Shown here in pieces: positions 10,764 through 19,782 of a stretch of 39,825 bases of DNA (position 1 is the first letter of the stretch; each line of letters opens with the position of its first letter). Position numbers and translations under genes: made by a program. Source of the stretch: Nannocystaceae bacterium (GTDB lineage: Bacteria > Myxococcota_A > Polyangia > Nannocystales > Nannocystaceae); contig JAWKRA010000044.1 in NCBI GenBank assembly GCA_041389865.1, positions 1 through 39,825 of the forward strand, given 5' to 3'. The notes under the pieces are model-generated. The model saw only the letters and a list, made by a program, of their open reading frames with translations. It was not told the origin of the DNA and ran no database searches.

Positions 10764-13463
10764 GTGCCGCGAAGCGATCGCCTCCTGCTCGTCGCGTTCT
10801 TCCTCTCGGGCGCCGCGGCCCTCGGCTACGAGCTCCTGTGGACGCGGCTCCTCGCGCTCGCGCTCGGCCACGAGCTGCTCGGCGTGCTCTCCAGCGTCGC
10901 CGGCTTCTTCGCTGGGGTGAGCCTCGGCGCGGTGACGGTGCGACGGTGGCTCGCCGGTCGTGAGCCGACGCGGGTGTTCGTCGCCCTCGAGGTCGTCGCG
11001 GCCGCCTACGCGATCGCCTCGCCGTGGCTGCTCGAGCTGCTGGTCGTCCGCTTGCCGGGGTTTTTTCCAGGGGACGCGCCGCCGGGGCCGCTCGCGTCGG
11101 TGGTGATCGCCACCGTAACGCTGCTGCCAGGGACGCTGTGCCTGGGCGGGACCTTGCCGGCGCTCGTCGACGCGCGGACGCGGGCGCTGGGCGATGACGC
11201 CGGCGGCGCGCGGGGCCTCGCGCGGCTGTACGCCGCAAACACCTTCGGCGCGACGGTAGGTGTCTTGGGGACGGTACACCTTTGGCTGCCGGCGGTCGGC
11301 TTCGGCGTCGGGGCGCTCGGGCTCGCCGCGCTCGGGCTCGTCGCGGCCGGGCTCGCGCTCGCGTGGCGCCGCGGGTCGCCGCGCGTCGACGCGCCCGCGC
11401 CCGCGTCGGCGTCCGTCGACCTCTCGGGCGATCCCGACGCCGAGCTGCTCGCCGAGCCGTGGCTCCTCTACGCCGTCACCTTTGCGACCGGCCTCGCCGG
11501 CGTCGGCCTCGAGGTGGTCTCGGTGCAGATCCTCGGCCAGAACGTCGAGGGCACCGTCTACACGTTCGCCGGGATCCTCGCCGTCTACCTCGTCGGGGCC
11601 GGGATCGGGGCGGCGATCTACCAGCGCCTCGCCGCGCGGGCGATCGCGGGCCGACCGGCGACCGTGCTCGCCGGGCTGCTGCTCGCGCTCGCGGCCAGCA
11701 CCGTGCTCTCGGCCTTCGCGCTCGCCCGCAGCCCCGACATGCTCCTAGGGGCAGGTTCATCGCCGCGCTACGCCGAGGCGCTCGCGCGCGAGCTGCTGGC
11801 GGCCGCGGCCGCGCTGCTCGTGCCGACGATCCTCATGGGCGCGCTGTTCTCCCACGTGGTCGGCCTCGTCAGCGGTCTCGGCCAGCGCGCGCTCGGCCGG
11901 GCCTACGCGCTCAACACCCTGGGCGGGGCGCTCGCGCCGTTCGTGTTCGGGCTGTGGGCGGTGCCGACGCTCGGCTACACCGACGGCTTCTACGCGGTCA
12001 CCTACCTCTACCTGCTGGTGTTCGCCGGGTTCGCGTGGTTTCGCCGATTCCGGCCGTGGGTGATCATCGCCGGGGTCTTGGGGGTCGTCGCGCTCACGGC
12101 CGCAGGGCCGCGGGCCGGCGCGCTGTCGCTGGTCAAGGACGCCGAGGGCTGGGCGGTGCTCGAGCGCCGCGAGACCCTCCAAGGAGTGGTGACGGTCGCC
12201 GAGTACGAAGGACCGCGACCCGAGGGCGCGCCGCCGCTGCGACGGCTGCAGGTCAATCAACACTTCAAGATGGGCGGCGTCTACAGCTTCGGTGAGCGGC
12301 GCATGGGCCAGCTTGCGACCCTCCTCGCGCCCCCCGACGCGCGCGCGCTGTTCCTCGGGGTCGGCACGGGCGCGACCATGGGGGCCGCGCTCGAGGTCAC
12401 GCCGGGGGCGATTCGCGCGGCGACCGGGGTCGAGCTGGTCCCGGCCGTGCTCGAGCTGCTGCCGTACTTCGCGGCGACGAGCGGCGACCTCGCGCACGAG
12501 CGGCGCGCGACGCTGGTCGCCGCCGACGCCCGCCGCTACCTCGCGGCCGGGGACGCGCCGCTCGAGCTCATCGTCGCCGATCTCTTTCATCCGGCGCGTG
12601 ACGGGGCCGCGTCGCTCTACGCCCGCGAGCACTTCGCCCGGGCCCGGGCGCGGCTCTCGGATGACGGCGTCTTCGTCCAGTGGCTGCCGCTCTACCAGCT
12701 CAGCCGCGACGATCTGGCGGCGATCGTGCGCGCGTTCCTCGAGGTCTTCCCCGAGCACGCGCACGCGTTCCTCGGCTTCTACAACGTCGAGACCCCGCCG
12801 CTCGCGCTGGTCGGCTCGCGCGTCCCGGTGGTCGTCGATCCGGCGCGGGTCCAGAGCTTCGGAGCTCGTCCGTCGGCGACGATCGTCGAGGCCCGCGACC
12901 TCCTCGCCGCCCACCTCCTCGACGGCGAGGGGCTCGCGCGCTTCGTCGGTGACGGCCCGGTCCACCACGATCTCGATCCCCGGGTGCTGTTCTCGGCGCC
13001 GCGGGTCGCCTACGAAGATCCGCCCGACCTCGGCGCCCGCACGCTCGCGGCGCTGCTCGAGGTCCGCGCTCCGTACCCGCCCTCGATGGTCCCTGGCGAC
13101 GATCCGGCGCTGCGGGCCGCGACCGAGCGCTACGCCGAGGCGGTCGACGCGTACCTGCGCGGCGAATTGCTCGGGCACGCGGACGGCCCGACGGCGCCCG
13201 TGAGCGCCGCCCGACTCGAGCGGTACCTGGCGGCCTACGAGCGCGAGCCGGGCTTCCCGCCCGCCCGCGGCGCCCTGTTTCGCGCGGCCAAGAACCACCC
13301 CGAGCGCGCCGCGGCGATCTACGAGCGAATGCTCGAGCGCACCCCCGACGAGCCGCGCGTCTACCGGGCCTACGCCGAGCACCTCCGCCAACGAGGCGAC
13401 ACGCCCGGGCTCGACCGCCTGCTCGAGCGGGCCCGGGCGCGACGCGACGCGGCGACGCTGTGA
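10764..13463 (+). CDS. fused polytopic membrane domain plus spermidine-synthase-like (polyamine aminopropyltransferase fold) domain plus C-terminal TPR-like helical repeats (about 899 aa)
   Basis: The N-terminal '[19 protein letters not shown]' block and several hydrophobic helices are typical of the membrane-embedded spermidine synthase-like family. The middle has a '[16 protein letters not shown]' Rossmann-like motif and 'LIVADLFHP...DGVFVQW'. The C-terminus has repeated helical hairpins ('[12 protein letters not shown]...', '[26 protein letters not shown]'). The start is a GTG at 10764 with no clear Shine-Dalgarno-like motif, so the 5' end is uncertain. Confidence 0.7.
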   Translation: MPRSDRLLLVAFFLSGAAALGYELLWTRLLALALGHELLGVLSSVAGFFAGVSLGAVTVRRWLAGREPTRVFVALEVVAAAYAIASPWLLELLVVRLPGFFPGDAPPGPLASVVIATVTLLPGTLCLGGTLPALVDARTRALGDDAGGARGLARLYAANTFGATVGVLGTVHLWLPAVGFGVGALGLAALGLVAAGLALAWRRGSPRVDAPAPASASVDLSGDPDAELLAEPWLLYAVTFATGLAGVGLEVVSVQILGQNVEGTVYTFAGILAVYLVGAGIGAAIYQRLAARAIAGRPATVLAGLLLALAASTVLSAFALARSPDMLLGAGSSPRYAEALARELLAAAAALLVPTILMGALFSHVVGLVSGLGQRALGRAYALNTLGGALAPFVFGLWAVPTLGYTDGFYAVTYLYLLVFAGFAWFRRFRPWVIIAGVLGVVALTAAGPRAGALSLVKDAEGWAVLERRETLQGVVTVAEYEGPRPEGAPPLRRLQVNQHFKMGGVYSFGERRMGQLATLLAPPDARALFLGVGTGATMGAALEVTPGAIRAATGVELVPAVLELLPYFAATSGDLAHERRATLVAADARRYLAAGDAPLELIVADLFHPARDGAASLYAREHFARARARLSDDGVFVQWLPLYQLSRDDLAAIVRAFLEVFPEHAHAFLGFYNVETPPLALVGSRVPVVVDPARVQSFGARPSATIVEARDLLAAHLLDGEGLARFVGDGPVHHDLDPRVLFSAPRVAYEDPPDLGARTLAALLEVRAPYPPSMVPGDDPALRAATERYAEAVDAYLRGELLGHADGPTAPVSAARLERYLAAYEREPGFPPARGALFRAAKNHPERAAAIYERMLERTPDEPRVYRAYAEHLRQRGDTPGLDRLLERARARRDAATL

Positions 13464-13547
13464 AGCCGATCCCGCGGCGGGCAAACGCACATCCCCGCCC
13501 GACGGCGAGCCGTCCGCGAGGCCAGGCCCCGGCGGTACCATGGGGGC

Positions 13548-14864
13548 ATGCGCGGTCTCGCTGATAGGAGCCCTGAACAGCTTTGTGCGCGACTCCAGGC
13601 CCTCGGGCAGCGACGGGCGTACGCGGTGTTCGACGCCGAGGCCGGGCGCGTCAAGGTCTCGCACCCCGAGCTCGCCGAGCTCGCCAGCTTCCTCGAGGGC
13701 GACCGCCGCGACTACGATCGTCACGAGGGCGTGTTCCTCGAGGTCGGCCGTGAGACCGGCGCGCTGATGGCCGCGTTCGTCCACAACACCCGCCGCGGTC
13801 AGGCCCAGGGCGGCCTGCGCTTTTGGCCATATGAGTCGACCGGCGACCTGCTCCGCGACGGCCTCCGGCTGGCCCGCGGCATGACCCGCAAGAACGCGCT
13901 CGCGGGCCTTTGGTGGGGCGGCGGCAAGGGGATCATCGCCCGGCCGCCGGGCGATCAGCACCGTGATCCCGAGTATCGCGCGCGCCTGTTTCGCGAGTAC
14001 GGCCGCTTCACCAGCTCGCTGCGCGGCTGCTACTACACCGCCGAGGACGTCGGCACCCGACCCGTCGACATCGAGGGCGTGTTCGCTACCACGCGCTTCT
14101 GCACCTGCACGCCGCCGGCCGTCGGCGGCGCGGGCAACCCGTCTCCGCACACCGCCCGCGGGGTCGTGTGCGCGATGGAGGGGGCGCTCGCCCACCTCGG
14201 CCTCGGGACCCTGGCTGGAAAGTCGATCGTGATGCAGGGCACCGGCAACGTCGGCGCCTCGATGATCGGCGAGCTCCTGGCCCGCGACGTCGCGTCGATC
14301 GTCGCCAGCGATATCGCGGAGGAGCGCGCCGCCGAGGTCCGCGCCCAGTTCGCGGGGAGGCCCGTTGAGGTCGTCGTCACCGCGCCCGGCGACGCATCGA
14401 TCCTCGCGCGTCCCTGCGACATCCTCGCGCCCAACGCCCTCGGCGGCGTGTTGAACCCGGAGACCATCCCGACGATCGCGGCGCGGATCGTCTGCGGCGC
14501 GGCCAACAACCAGCTCCTCGATGACGACCGCGACGGCGCGGCCCTGCGCGCGCGCGGCATCGTCTACGTGCCCGACTTCCTCGCCAACCGCATGGGCATC
14601 GTCTACTGCGCCAACGAACAGTACGGGCAGGTCCGCGACGATCCGGCGATCCACCGTCACTTCGGGCGCGACTGGGAGAACTCGGTCTACCGGGTCGCGA
14701 TCCGGGCGCTGACCCTCGCCGACGCTGAGGACATCACGACCGCGGCGGCGGCCAACCACCTCGCTGACGCGCTTGCGAGCGAGCTGCACCCGCTGTGGGG
14801 TCACCGCGGCCAGGCCATCATCGACGGCCTCATCGCCGACGGCTGGGAGACCGGCGCCTCCTGA
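13548..14864 (+). CDS. Glu/Leu/Phe/Val dehydrogenase family amino-acid dehydrogenase (most like Leu/Phe/Val dehydrogenases)
   Basis: The '[25 protein letters not shown]' stretch matches the family's catalytic Lys/Gly-rich signature. '[13 protein letters not shown]' gives the NAD(P)-binding GxGxxG. Alignment by eye to the Bacillus LeuDH N-terminal region (…GGTRMWTY…[22 protein letters not shown]…) is strong. The start is the ATG at 13548. Confidence 0.85.
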   Translation: [438 protein letters not shown]

Positions 14865-15012
14865 CCCACAGCTCCGCGGAGGACCGTGTATCCCTCGAGA
14901 CACCCCGCGGGTCGTCCGAGTTTCAAGCGCTTCGGTTTCACGGCCGAGTCGTGAAGATCCTCGCCGGCCAGGGGGAGGCGAGCACGCGGCGGCCTGTGGC
15001 ATCGTCGCCCGT

Positions 15013-17142
15013 ATGCGTCGCATCTCCGCGGTCCCTCCGGCCCTCTGTGTCGCCCTCGCGCTCGCCTGCACCGCCCAAAGCGGCCCAGCGCCCAAGCCCA
15101 AGCCCGAGGCCGCGGGCGAAGAGCCGACCAAGCCCAACGAGCCTGTCTCTAAGACCATGCGGCTCGACGCCGCGGCGATCGCCGCCGAGGTCCAGAGCAC
15201 CCTCGACGCGTCCGCCGACCCCTGCGACAACTTCTACAAGTACGCGTGCGGCGGCTGGCTCACGTCGACGACGCGCCCGCCCGACAAGCCCCGCTACGGG
15301 CGCGGCTTCGGGGTCGTCGACGAGAAGAACAAGGCGATCCTCCGCGAGATCCTCGAGGCCGCCCAGACGAGCGAGGATCCCAAGGAGAAGCAGCTCGGCG
15401 CCTTCTATCACGCGTGCATGGACGAGGCGGCGATCAACGCCGCGGGCGTCACCCCGATCGCCGAGCTGGCCGGCAAGATCGAGAAGGCCAAGGACCTCGG
15501 CGACATCCTCGAGCGCGTCGGCTCAATGCACCGGTCGGTGACAGCCGGCGGCGGCGGCCTGTTTCGCGTCTACGTCGACGCCGACGACAAGAACCCCGAC
15601 GTCTACATCGCCAAGGCCACGCAGGGCGGCACCGGCCTGCCAGACCGCGACTTCTACCTCGAGGACTCGGAGAAGATGAGGTCGATCCGCGCCCAGTACG
15701 AGGCCCACATCGCCCGCATGCTCGGCTTCCTCGGCGACGCCGAGGCCGACGCCAAGCAGCGCGCGACGGCGATCCTCGCCTTCGAGACCGAGCTCGCGCG
15801 CCTGGCACGGCCGCGCGCCGAGATGCGTGACCCGGAGAAGACCTACAACAAGGTGGGCGTCACGGGCTTCGTCGCGCTCGGCGAGGGGCTGCCGTGGGAT
15901 CGCTACTTCGGGGGCCTTGGCTACGGGCCCGACAAGATCGGCGAGCACCTCAGCGTCTCGGTCCCCGAGTTCTTCCAAGGGCTGCCGGCGCTGCTCGAGC
16001 GCACCGACCTCGACACGCTCAAGCACTACCTGCGCTGGCACGTGATCCACGCGACCGCCGAGCACCTCAGCGCCGAGATCGACGCCGCCGACTTCGAGAT
16101 GCAGAAGCTCCTGACCGGCGCGGAGCGGCAGTCCGATCGCTGGGAGCGGTGCGTCGACTGGGCCAACCACAGCGTCCCCGAGCTCATCGGTCCGGCGTTC
16201 GTCGAGCGCCAGTTCGCGGGCGACAGCAAGCAGATCGCGGTGACGATGATCAGCGCGATCGAGCAGGCCTTCGAAGCCAGCCTCCCGGAGCTCTCGTGGA
16301 TGGACGAGGTCACCCGCGGGCGCGCGATCACCAAGGCCAAGGCGATCACCAACAAGATCGGCTACCCCGATCGCTGGCGGGACTACAGCGGGCTCGAGTT
16401 CACCGGCGACGATCACATGCGCAACATCTTCAACGCGCTGCGCTTCAACTTCGAGTACGACGCCAATCGGGTCGGCGGCCCCGTCGATCGCGACGAGTGG
16501 CACATGCCGACCGCCTACGTCAACGCGTACTACAGCGCCTCGGTCAACGAGATCGTGTTCCCGGCCGGGATCCTGCAGCCGCCGTACTTCAGCCGCGACT
16601 TCCCGATGGCGATGAACTTCGGCGGCATCGGCATGGTGATGGGCCACGAGATCACGCACGGCTTCGACGACGGCGGGCGCAAGTACGACGAGAAGGGCGT
16701 GCTGCGCCCGTGGTGGGAGGACGAGGCCGCGCAGAAGTTCGAGGCGCAGGCGCAGTGCGTCGACGATCTCTACAGCGGCATCGAGGTGCTCCCGGGCGTC
16801 AAGCTCAACGGCAAGCTGACGCTCGGCGAGAACATCGCCGACCTCGGCGGCATCAAGGAGGCCTACAACGCCTACAAGCGCTGGGCCGCGCAGAACGGCG
16901 GCGACGCTGCGCCGCACGTCGCCGGGCTGACCAACGACCAGCTGCTCTTCGTCGGCTTCGCCCAGGGCTGGTGCACGCTGCAGAGCGACGAGTCGACGCT
17001 CCTGCGCGCCAAGACCGACTCCCACTCGCCGCCCGAGCAGCGCGTCAACGTGCCGCTCTCCAACTTCCCGAGCTTCTGGGAGGCGTTCTCGTGCGCCGAG
17101 GGGACGCCGATGCACCCGGCCCAGACCTGCCAAGTCTGGTGA
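15013..17142 (+). CDS. M13 family zinc metalloendopeptidase (neprilysin/PepO-like), lipoprotein
   Basis: The N-terminus MRRISAVPPALCVALALACTAQSG has a lipobox. 'CDNFYKYACGGWL' is the M13 N-terminal signature. 'HEITHGFDD' gives HExxH, 'GENIADLGG' gives the third zinc-ligand Glu motif, and the protein ends in the CQVW motif. The ATG at 15013 is chosen; the ORF-track start at 14773 adds an 80-aa Arg/Pro-rich leader. Confidence 0.9.
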   Translation: MRRISAVPPALCVALALACTAQSGPAPKPKPEAAGEEPTKPNEPVSKTMRLDAAAIAAEVQSTLDASADPCDNFYKYACGGWLTSTTRPPDKPRYGRGFGVVDEKNKAILREILEAAQTSEDPKEKQLGAFYHACMDEAAINAAGVTPIAELAGKIEKAKDLGDILERVGSMHRSVTAGGGGLFRVYVDADDKNPDVYIAKATQGGTGLPDRDFYLEDSEKMRSIRAQYEAHIARMLGFLGDAEADAKQRATAILAFETELARLARPRAEMRDPEKTYNKVGVTGFVALGEGLPWDRYFGGLGYGPDKIGEHLSVSVPEFFQGLPALLERTDLDTLKHYLRWHVIHATAEHLSAEIDAADFEMQKLLTGAERQSDRWERCVDWANHSVPELIGPAFVERQFAGDSKQIAVTMISAIEQAFEASLPELSWMDEVTRGRAITKAKAITNKIGYPDRWRDYSGLEFTGDDHMRNIFNALRFNFEYDANRVGGPVDRDEWHMPTAYVNAYYSASVNEIVFPAGILQPPYFSRDFPMAMNFGGIGMVMGHEITHGFDDGGRKYDEKGVLRPWWEDEAAQKFEAQAQCVDDLYSGIEVLPGVKLNGKLTLGENIADLGGIKEAYNAYKRWAAQNGGDAAPHVAGLTNDQLLFVGFAQGWCTLQSDESTLLRAKTDSHSPPEQRVNVPLSNFPSFWEAFSCAEGTPMHPAQTCQVW

Positions 17143-17149
17143 GCCGGCG

Positions 17150-17185
17150 CGCGTGAGACCTGTCGAACGAGGCAGGTCTCACGCG
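17150..17185. terminator. perfect 13-bp stem / 10-nt loop hairpin between convergent genes (M13 peptidase and Cys-rich lipoprotein); putative bidirectional terminator
   Basis: cgcgtgagacctg-tcgaacgagg-caggtctcacgcg was read directly. It starts 8 nt after the M13 stop. There is no strong U-tract, which is common in high-GC genomes. Confidence 0.5.
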
Positions 17186-17231
17186 ACCCATCCGCCGTGT
17201 GTCGAGCGATCGAGCGCGACGGGCTCGAGCC

Positions 17232-18122
17232 TTAGCAGCCCTCGCAGGCGCACAGCGACTGGCCGTTGGGGATCACCGTGGGCGGGTTGCCGACCTGCTG
17301 GCAGGTGACGTTGGCGTTGTTGAGGCCGCAGTGCACGTCGAGGCCCTGACAGACGTTCGTGCCGCCCTGACAGCTGACGTCGCAGACCCCGTTGTTGCAG
17401 TTGACAGTCGCGTTCTTGCACGCGTTGTTGCCCGAGCAGGTGACCTCGCAGAGCTGGCCGTTGGCGCAGTTGATCGTCGCGTCGGAGCACGCGCCCGAGC
17501 CGCTGCAGTCGACCACGCACTCCTTGTTGGCCGGGCAGTCGACGACCTTGCCGCTGCAGCTCTGACAGTCGATGAGGCAGTCCGCGCCTTGACAGCTCGT
17601 GCACCCCAGCGGGCACTCGTTGAGATCGGGCTCCTTCGTCATCCCGCAGACGTCCATCTGCTCGGTGTCGCTGCTGGCGTCGGTGGTGGCGTCGGTCTCG
17701 GTCGTGTCCGTGGTCGGATCGGTCGTGTCCGTGGTCGGATCGGTCGGGTCGGTGGTCTCGGTCGTCGGGTCGGTGGTCTCCGTCGTCGGATCGGTCGGGT
17801 CGGTGGTCTCCGTCGTCGGATCGGTCGGGTCGGTGGTCTCCGTCGTCGGATCGGTCGGATCGGTGGTGGGGTCGGTCGGATCCGTCGTTGGGTCGGTCGT
17901 CGTCACCGCGTCGGTGGTGCCGGTCTCGCTGTCGGTGCCCGTAGCGTTCGTCGGCCCCGCGGTCGTCACCTGGGAGGTGCTCGAGGAAGACGTCGACGAC
18001 TCGGTCCCGTCGCCCGTCGACGTCTGCGACTCGTTGCCCGACCCCTCGATCACGTCGCCGCACCCTGCGAGCGCGAGGAGGAGCGCGCCGCCGCGCGCGA
18101 AGGAGCGCATCTTAAGCATCAT
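17232..18122 (-). CDS. secreted lipoprotein with a Thr/Asp/Pro-rich tandem-repeat linker and a C-terminal Cys-rich domain (about 40 Cys)
   Basis: The signal MMLKMRSFARGGALLLALAGCGD has an LAGC lipobox. TDPTDPTTE/TTDPTTE repeats follow. The C-terminal 'CPLGCTSCQGADCLIDCQSCSGKVVDCPANKECVVDCSGSGACS...' consists of repeated CxxxC units. GC3 is high. Confidence 0.65.
   Translation of the reverse strand: MMLKMRSFARGGALLLALAGCGDVIEGSGNESQTSTGDGTESSTSSSSTSQVTTAGPTNATGTDSETGTTDAVTTTDPTTDPTDPTTDPTDPTTETTDPTDPTTETTDPTDPTTETTDPTTETTDPTDPTTDTTDPTTDTTETDATTDASSDTEQMDVCGMTKEPDLNECPLGCTSCQGADCLIDCQSCSGKVVDCPANKECVVDCSGSGACSDATINCANGQLCEVTCSGNNACKNATVNCNNGVCDVSCQGGTNVCQGLDVHCGLNNANVTCQQVGNPPTVIPNGQSLCACEGC
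17690..17900. repeat. 27-nt (and variant 18/21-nt) tandem repeats inside CDS 17232..18122; they encode TDPTDPTTE units
   Basis: ggtctccgtcgtcggatcggtcgggtc is repeated three times perfectly, with degenerate copies on either side. Confidence 0.75.
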
Positions 18123-18169
18123 GCGAGCATTCTACCTCGGGCGGGCGCGGGCGCCTGCGGAGAGCGCTC

Positions 18170-18979
18170 TCAGCTCGAGGCCGAGGTGTACCCGCGCAGG
18201 GCCACGCGCCACGAGAGGCGCGCGATCAAGAGCAGCGCCGCCGCGGTGCCGAGGGCGGCGAGGAGCGTCCCAAAGGTCAGGCGCCCGAGCACGGCCTGGG
18301 CCGGGTAGGTGGTGAGGATTGCGAGCGGCACCACGAAGGTGAAGACCGCCTTGAGCAGCCCGCTGAAGACGTCGATCGGCCAGCGCGAGAAGTCGAGCGT
18401 CGACTCGATCAACATGGTGAGGTTTTGCAGCTGCTGGGCCGAGAAGCTCAGGCACAGGCACAGGACGCCGAGGGCGTAGAGCGCCAGGACCCCGGCGAGG
18501 CCGGAGAGCGCGACCGCGGCCAGATCGATGAGGCGCGGGGTCGCGGCCAGCTGCCAAAGGCTCACGGCGACGAGCCCGGCGCCGAACAGCACCTCGACGA
18601 ACCGCCACGGGTTGAACTCGGTCGTCAGGCACAGGACCAGGGAGTCGGCCGGGCGCAGGAGGACGTGGTCGAGGGTGCCGCGGCGGATGTGGTGCATCGA
18701 CTCGACGAGCGCGGGCTGGACCAAGGCGCCGAACACCCCCGAGATCATCATGAAGAAGCCGGTCAGGACCATGAGCTGCCACGGACCCCAGCCGACGACG
18801 TCGCCGCGGTGCTCCACCGCGATCACCAGCGGGACCACGCCGATCAGGCTCCAGAGCACCGAGAGCAGCCCCTCGCTCCAGAAGCCGACGCGGTACTGCA
18901 TGGCCGCCATGCCGCTGATCCGCAGCTGGGTGGCGAACAGGCGCGCGGCCTGGACGAGCGGCGACGGCCCTGGGCTCAT
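18170..18979 (-). CDS. ABC-2 family transporter permease (second permease of a COG4586/COG4587/COG3694-type system)
   Basis: There are six or more hydrophobic helices ('MAAMQYRVGFWSEGLLSVLWSLIGVVPLVIAV...'). The ATG at 18977-18979 overlaps the TGA of the upstream permease as ATGA, indicating translational coupling. The 508-aa ORF-track version has a 239-residue Arg-rich spurious N-terminus. Confidence 0.75.
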   Translation of the reverse strand: MSPGPSPLVQAARLFATQLRISGMAAMQYRVGFWSEGLLSVLWSLIGVVPLVIAVEHRGDVVGWGPWQLMVLTGFFMMISGVFGALVQPALVESMHHIRRGTLDHVLLRPADSLVLCLTTEFNPWRFVEVLFGAGLVAVSLWQLAATPRLIDLAAVALSGLAGVLALYALGVLCLCLSFSAQQLQNLTMLIESTLDFSRWPIDVFSGLLKAVFTFVVPLAILTTYPAQAVLGRLTFGTLLAALGTAAALLLIARLSWRVALRGYTSASS

Positions 18980-19782
18980 GCGCCCACCGCCGAGAAGTGC
19001 CGCGCGCCGCGGCGCCAGGCGAGGCCCGCGGTTACGGAGAGTCCCAAGAGCCAGGTCCACTGGATCAGGAAGCCGCGGGCGGCGGCGGCGGCGTCGAGGC
19101 GCCCGAGCAAGAGCTCGACCGGGAACCCGAGCCCGGCGTGGAACGGGAGGAAGCGGACGAGCTCGGCGAGGCCGCCCGGGAACAGGCTGGTGGGCACCGC
19201 GTAGCCGGAGAGCGCGATGAAGAGCGCGAGCCACAGCTCGAAGAGCGCGGACGAGCGCGTGAACCAAAACGCCAGGCAGCCGATCGTCAGCTGGACGACG
19301 AAATTGAGCAGGAAGCCGCCGATGATCGCTGGGATTGCGAGCGCGAGCGCGCCGCCGCGCGCGAGCTCGAGCCCGGCGTCGCCGAGCGCGAGCACCAGGA
19401 CGATCGCGGCCACCGGCGCGGCGATCAGCGCGCGGACGGGCAGGGCGGCGAGGTTGGTCATCAGGTGGTGGAGGATCGGGTGCACCGGGCGCAGCAGCAG
19501 CGTCGAGAGCTCGCCGGTCACCACCTGGCGCTCGAGGTCCCACACCACCCAGCTCGCGGTGAGCTGACGGACCAGGAACGCGGCGACGAAGTAGGCGACG
19601 AAGCCGGGGCGATCGTAGTCGCCGATCGGCCCGGCGCGGGCGAGCCCCGCCCACAGCGCCAGGGCGATCAGCGGGAACGAGCTGTTCAGGATCCACACGA
19701 ACAGCGCGCCGCGGTAGGCGACGGCCTCCGCGAGCCCGAGCCGCCAGATCGCCGCGAAGTGCCGGAGCCGCCTGCCGATCAC
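18976..19782 (-). CDS. ABC-2 family transporter permease (first permease)
   Basis: The protein is hydrophobic ('RRLRHFAAIWRLGLAEAVAYRGALFVWILNSSFPLIALALWAGL...'). The GTG at 19780-19782 overlaps the ATPase stop as GTGA. The upstream 170 residues of the ORF-track version are Arg-rich shadow. Confidence 0.75.
   Translation of the reverse strand: MIGRRLRHFAAIWRLGLAEAVAYRGALFVWILNSSFPLIALALWAGLARAGPIGDYDRPGFVAYFVAAFLVRQLTASWVVWDLERQVVTGELSTLLLRPVHPILHHLMTNLAALPVRALIAAPVAAIVLVLALGDAGLELARGGALALAIPAIIGGFLLNFVVQLTIGCLAFWFTRSSALFELWLALFIALSGYAVPTSLFPGGLAELVRFLPFHAGLGFPVELLLGRLDAAAAARGFLIQWTWLLGLSVTAGLAWRRGARHFSAVGA

Noticed and set aside
11757-15230. 1157-aa ORF on the minus strand opposite the spermidine-synthase-like, dehydrogenase and peptidase genes
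   Set aside because: The composition is Arg/Ala/Gly/Pro-dominated and the third-position GC pattern is low, which is the typical antisense shadow ORF in a 70% GC genome. It overlaps three well-supported plus-strand genes.
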